From: Candidatus Omnitrophota bacterium
GTDB lineage: Bacteria > Omnitrophota > Gorgyraeia > Gygaellales > JBFMBJ01
DNA length: 46,743 bases
Reading direction: 5' to 3'
NCBI GenBank assembly: GCA_040755235.1
Contig: JBFMBJ010000002.1
Coordinates: 1 to 46,743, forward strand
Position 1 is the first letter of the stretch. Every line of letters begins with the position of its first letter. Of this stretch, positions 44,149 through 46,743 are shown piece by piece. The translations under genes were made by a program, and so were the position numbers. The notes below the pieces were generated by a model that searched no databases, was not told the DNA's origin, and saw nothing but the letters and a program-made list of their open reading frames with translations.

Positions 44149-44461
44149 TTATAGTAAACGATTGCTTGTTAAATCCCAAGCACCAAGCATCAAATCCCAA
44201 ATAAATCCATACACTCCCAAGACTATAAAGGCATTTATGGCAAACAAGACTAATAAGGCAATAAGAGTAAACGGCTATCAAGGCAAGATATGGCTATCTT
44301 TTTTGCCTTTTAAAAACCCTGTTATCTTTATACTCTTCATAGCCCTGAATGCCTTGTATGCCTTAATAGACCTGGAAACCCTATTTGTGAATACTGTAAT
44401 TTATTTGGTGCTCGGAATTTGTGATTTGGAATTTTTTTGCTTAAGGCTAGGGTTGCGAAGG

Positions 44462-45334
44462 TTAAACCTTTAGATTATATCTTTTAATGTTTGCATCAGC
44501 CACAGCCTGAACTTTGGCTAATTCTTCTCTGGATTGGAGGAGATGTTTAAATCTACCTTGGAGTTTTAAATATTCTTCAACTGGTTTAGGGAGAGATAGT
44601 TTTTTTGTCACATTTAACTTGCCGTTCTCAAATTCTACCAAAGGATAAAGGCCGGTCTCCACAGCAAGCCTTCCTATTTCTAGAGTCACAGATGGCTCAT
44701 AACGCCAACCTAATGGACAAGGAACATGGATTTGAATATATTTAGGCCCTTTTATTGATATGGCTTTTTTTATCTTCTTAGTTAAATCCAGTGCGAAACT
44801 TGCTGAAGCAGTGGCAACATAAGGAATACCGTGTGCTAACGCAATTTCCGGCATAGGCTTCTTGTATTTCGGGTTACCAAAAGACTGTTTGCCAGATGGA
44901 GTAGTAGTAGTGTTGGCATCAAAAGGTGTAAGGCCACTACGCTGTACACCGGTATTTTCATACGCCTCATTATCATAACAGATGCTCAAAATATCATGTC
45001 CCCTCTCCCACATTCCTGAAAGTGCCTGTAAGCCAATATCAGCAGTTCCTCCGTCTCCTGCCTGGCATATTACAGTTGTACCTTCTTTTTTGCCAAGATA
45101 TGTCAATGCTGCTTCAATGCCAGAGGCAACTGCTGCAGCATTTTCAAATAAAGAATGTATCCATGGAATATTCCAGCAAGACTCTGGATAAGGAGTTGAA
45201 AAAACCTCAAGGCATCCGGTGTTATTAGCAATAATAGTCTTTTCGCCGGTAGTCTCAACCACTAAGCGCGCTGCTATTGCCTGTCCGCATCCAGCACAGG
45301 CAGAATGTCCAGAAGTAAATAAAGGCTTATTCAT
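44462..45334 (-). CDS. 2-oxoacid:ferredoxin oxidoreductase beta subunit (TPP-binding; PorB/KorB type)
   Basis: 290 aa. It has the N-terminal CAGCG, and the TPP motif GDGGTADIGLQALSG...NEAYENTG. Confidence 0.85.
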   Translation of the reverse strand: MNKPLFTSGHSACAGCGQAIAARLVVETTGEKTIIANNTGCLEVFSTPYPESCWNIPWIHSLFENAAAVASGIEAALTYLGKKEGTTVICQAGDGGTADIGLQALSGMWERGHDILSICYDNEAYENTGVQRSGLTPFDANTTTTPSGKQSFGNPKYKKPMPEIALAHGIPYVATASASFALDLTKKIKKAISIKGPKYIQIHVPCPLGWRYEPSVTLEIGRLAVETGLYPLVEFENGKLNVTKKLSLPKPVEEYLKLQGRFKHLLQSREELAKVQAVADANIKRYNLKV

Positions 45335-45338
45335 TTTT

Positions 45339-45378
45339 TTATTCGCGTGTATTCGCGTTGGATTAGCGACTATTCGCG
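45339..45378. repeat. Helically phased direct repeats of TATTCGCGT in the alpha-beta intergenic spacer
   Basis: TATTCGCGT occurs at 45339, 45349 and 45370. A degenerate copy, GATTAGCGA, lies at 45360. The spacing is 10-11 bp. Confidence 0.8.
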
Positions 45379-45391
45379 TTTGATAAATATT

Positions 45392-46588
45392 TCAGATGTC
45401 TTTAAAATCTTCGCTTAGCAGTTCTTTCTTTACGCCGATAAATTGGCAAGGATCTTCTTTCCCTGCTAATCTATCGAAAATTTGCCTGATATCTGTCTTT
45501 GTAATATCCCTGCCGCCTAAGCCAATAACAAATCCGCTTACCTTCTTCTTTGAGTCATTTGGTAAACATGATTTTATATCAGCATATAGCGGCCCTGAAG
45601 AACCCAGGGAAATGGATTTTTCTACAATACCAACATTTGCAATCTTAGTCAGACAGTTTCTTATTGCGTCTGCAGGGAACGGCCTATAGGTTATTACCTT
45701 TACAGCACCTACCTTTTTCCCTTCAGAACGCAATTCATCTACAGTGTCCTTAATCGTCCCGATGAGTGAACCTTTGGCAACTAAACAAAAATCAGCATCT
45801 TCGGTTTTATAAGTCTCAATCAACCCGCCCCTCTCCCTGCCAAAAATCTTTTTAAATTCACTGCTAATCTCAGGGATAATGCTTAAACAATCATTCATAG
45901 TCTCCTGGATAGCAAAACGTGCCTCCATATAATAATCAGGTCCGGCTAAAAATCCTAAAGTCATAGGATTATCTACGTCCAATTTGAATAAAGGGTTGTA
46001 GGTGGGCAAGAATTTGTCCGTTTGTTCTTGGGTAGGCAAATCTACTACTTCCAGGCCGTGGGTTAGAATATAACCGTCCATGTTTACCATTACCGGCAAA
46101 TAAACTCTTTTGTCTTCAGCCAGACGATATGCCTGGATGTGTAAATCTACTACATCCTGCATATCCTCTGCCCAAAGCTGAATCCAGCCGCTATCGCGCA
46201 CAGTTACTGCATCCTGATGATCATTCCAGATATTTATTGGAGCAGATACCGCTCGGTTTGTGCAGGTTAACACCAAAGGCAGTCGCATACCTGCTATATT
46301 AAACAAGACCTCTACCATCAAGAGTAAACCCTGAGAACTCGTGGCTGTAAAAGACCGCACACCAGTTGCACAGGCGCCCAACACAACACTAGCTGCTGAA
46401 TGCTCGCTTTCAACATTAATAAACTGCGCATTCAACTGGCCATCAGCAACCATCTGAGCTAACTCTTCGACAATATGAGTCTGCGGCGTAATCGGATAGG
46501 CTGAAATTACACCTGGCTTACACAATTGAACCGCTTTAGCAACTGCTTGAGAGCCTTCGAGGAATTGTTTCATTTTTAATGAGACCAC
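45392..46588 (-). CDS. 2-oxoacid:ferredoxin oxidoreductase alpha subunit (PorA/KorA type)
   Basis: 398 aa. The N-terminus reads FLEGSQAVAKAVQLCKPGVISAYPITPQT. Its length fits the alpha subunit of four-subunit enzymes. The true start may be the ATG at 46573 (MKQFLEG). Confidence 0.85.
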   Translation of the reverse strand: MVSLKMKQFLEGSQAVAKAVQLCKPGVISAYPITPQTHIVEELAQMVADGQLNAQFINVESEHSAASVVLGACATGVRSFTATSSQGLLLMVEVLFNIAGMRLPLVLTCTNRAVSAPINIWNDHQDAVTVRDSGWIQLWAEDMQDVVDLHIQAYRLAEDKRVYLPVMVNMDGYILTHGLEVVDLPTQEQTDKFLPTYNPLFKLDVDNPMTLGFLAGPDYYMEARFAIQETMNDCLSIIPEISSEFKKIFGRERGGLIETYKTEDADFCLVAKGSLIGTIKDTVDELRSEGKKVGAVKVITYRPFPADAIRNCLTKIANVGIVEKSISLGSSGPLYADIKSCLPNDSKKKVSGFVIGLGGRDITKTDIRQIFDRLAGKEDPCQFIGVKKELLSEDFKDI

Positions 46589-46634
46589 AATTTATGGAAT
46601 GAAATGACGTAAATTGTATGGTCGAAGTAAATAT

Positions 46635-46654
46635 CTATGGCCTTACGGCCATAG
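46635..46654. repeat. Perfect 8-bp stem / 4-nt loop hairpin, a candidate IS200/IS605 subterminal end structure
   Basis: CTATGGCC-TTAC-GGCCATAG, 9 nt downstream of the tnpA-like stop on the minus strand. Confidence 0.55.
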
Positions 46655-46662
46655 CATTCAAA

Positions 46663-46743
46663 TCAAAATTCAAGTTCCACTTGTCCGCTGTCTTCTCTCC
46701 CTTGATGTTCGATGTATTTCTGTATCACTACTTCATCTATGCC
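46663..46743 (-). mobile_element. tnpA: C-terminal 26 codons of an IS200/IS605-family Y1 transposase (TnpA); the rest lies outside the window
   Basis: The minus-strand frame from the window edge reads GIDEVVIQKYIEHQGREDSGQVELEF then stops at 46663-46665. The ..V..YI..Q..ED tail matches IS200 and IS608 TnpA C-termini as I remember them. Confidence 0.55.

Noticed and set aside
44162-44473. A 103-aa plus-strand ORF in the beta-subunit/GT9 spacer
   Set aside because: It has a non-ATG start, no SD and no recognisable motif, and it runs into the convergent beta-subunit gene. I treated the region as non-coding (see the finding for 44149-44461).
1-46743. CRISPR arrays, tRNA and rRNA genes
   Set aside because: I saw no regularly spaced repeat-spacer pattern and no cloverleaf-like or rRNA-like segment in the short intergenic regions. 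The 23S-IVS-family protein gene is not accompanied by rRNA sequence.

Overview
This is an AT-rich bacterial window with about 45 genes, nearly all on the minus strand. Genes are tightly packed or overlapping, which suggests long operons. I saw no rRNA, tRNA or CRISPR array. There are three blocks.

(i) 1-15.2 kb is a surface-glycan/EPS locus. It holds GT4, GT-C/ArnT-like and GT2 glycosyltransferases, a B12-radical SAM enzyme, two methyltransferases, a Wzx flippase, a deacetylase, a Wzy/O-antigen-ligase-like protein, a Wzz-BY-kinase, a Wza-like exporter, an HD-GYP protein and an ExeA-like ATPase.

(ii) 15.35-41.2 kb is a very large RiPP-like island that I cannot assign to any described class.
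- Nine radical SAM genes: six with SPASM-type or Cys-rich C-terminal tails (four clear paralogues plus two weaker), two B12-binding, one plain.
- Three PqqD/RRE proteins and two HPr-kinase-like P-loop proteins.
- Two fusions of a SipW-type signal peptidase to an NTP_transf_5 nucleotidyltransferase.
- An ABC exporter, two GT4s, a GNAT and two methyltransferases.
- Two 64-aa precursor-like peptides with identical leaders and diverged Cys-rich cores.
- A 38-aa ORF, absent from the ORF track, directly upstream of a PqqD and rSAM/SPASM pair.

(iii) 41.4-46.7 kb is housekeeping. It holds a PpiD-like chaperone with a consensus promoter, a 59-aa ferredoxin absent from the ORF track, a GT9 heptosyltransferase, 2-oxoacid:ferredoxin oxidoreductase alpha and beta subunits, and the 3' end of an IS200-like tnpA with its hairpin at the window edge.

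All functional calls come from motifs read by eye. No database search was run.
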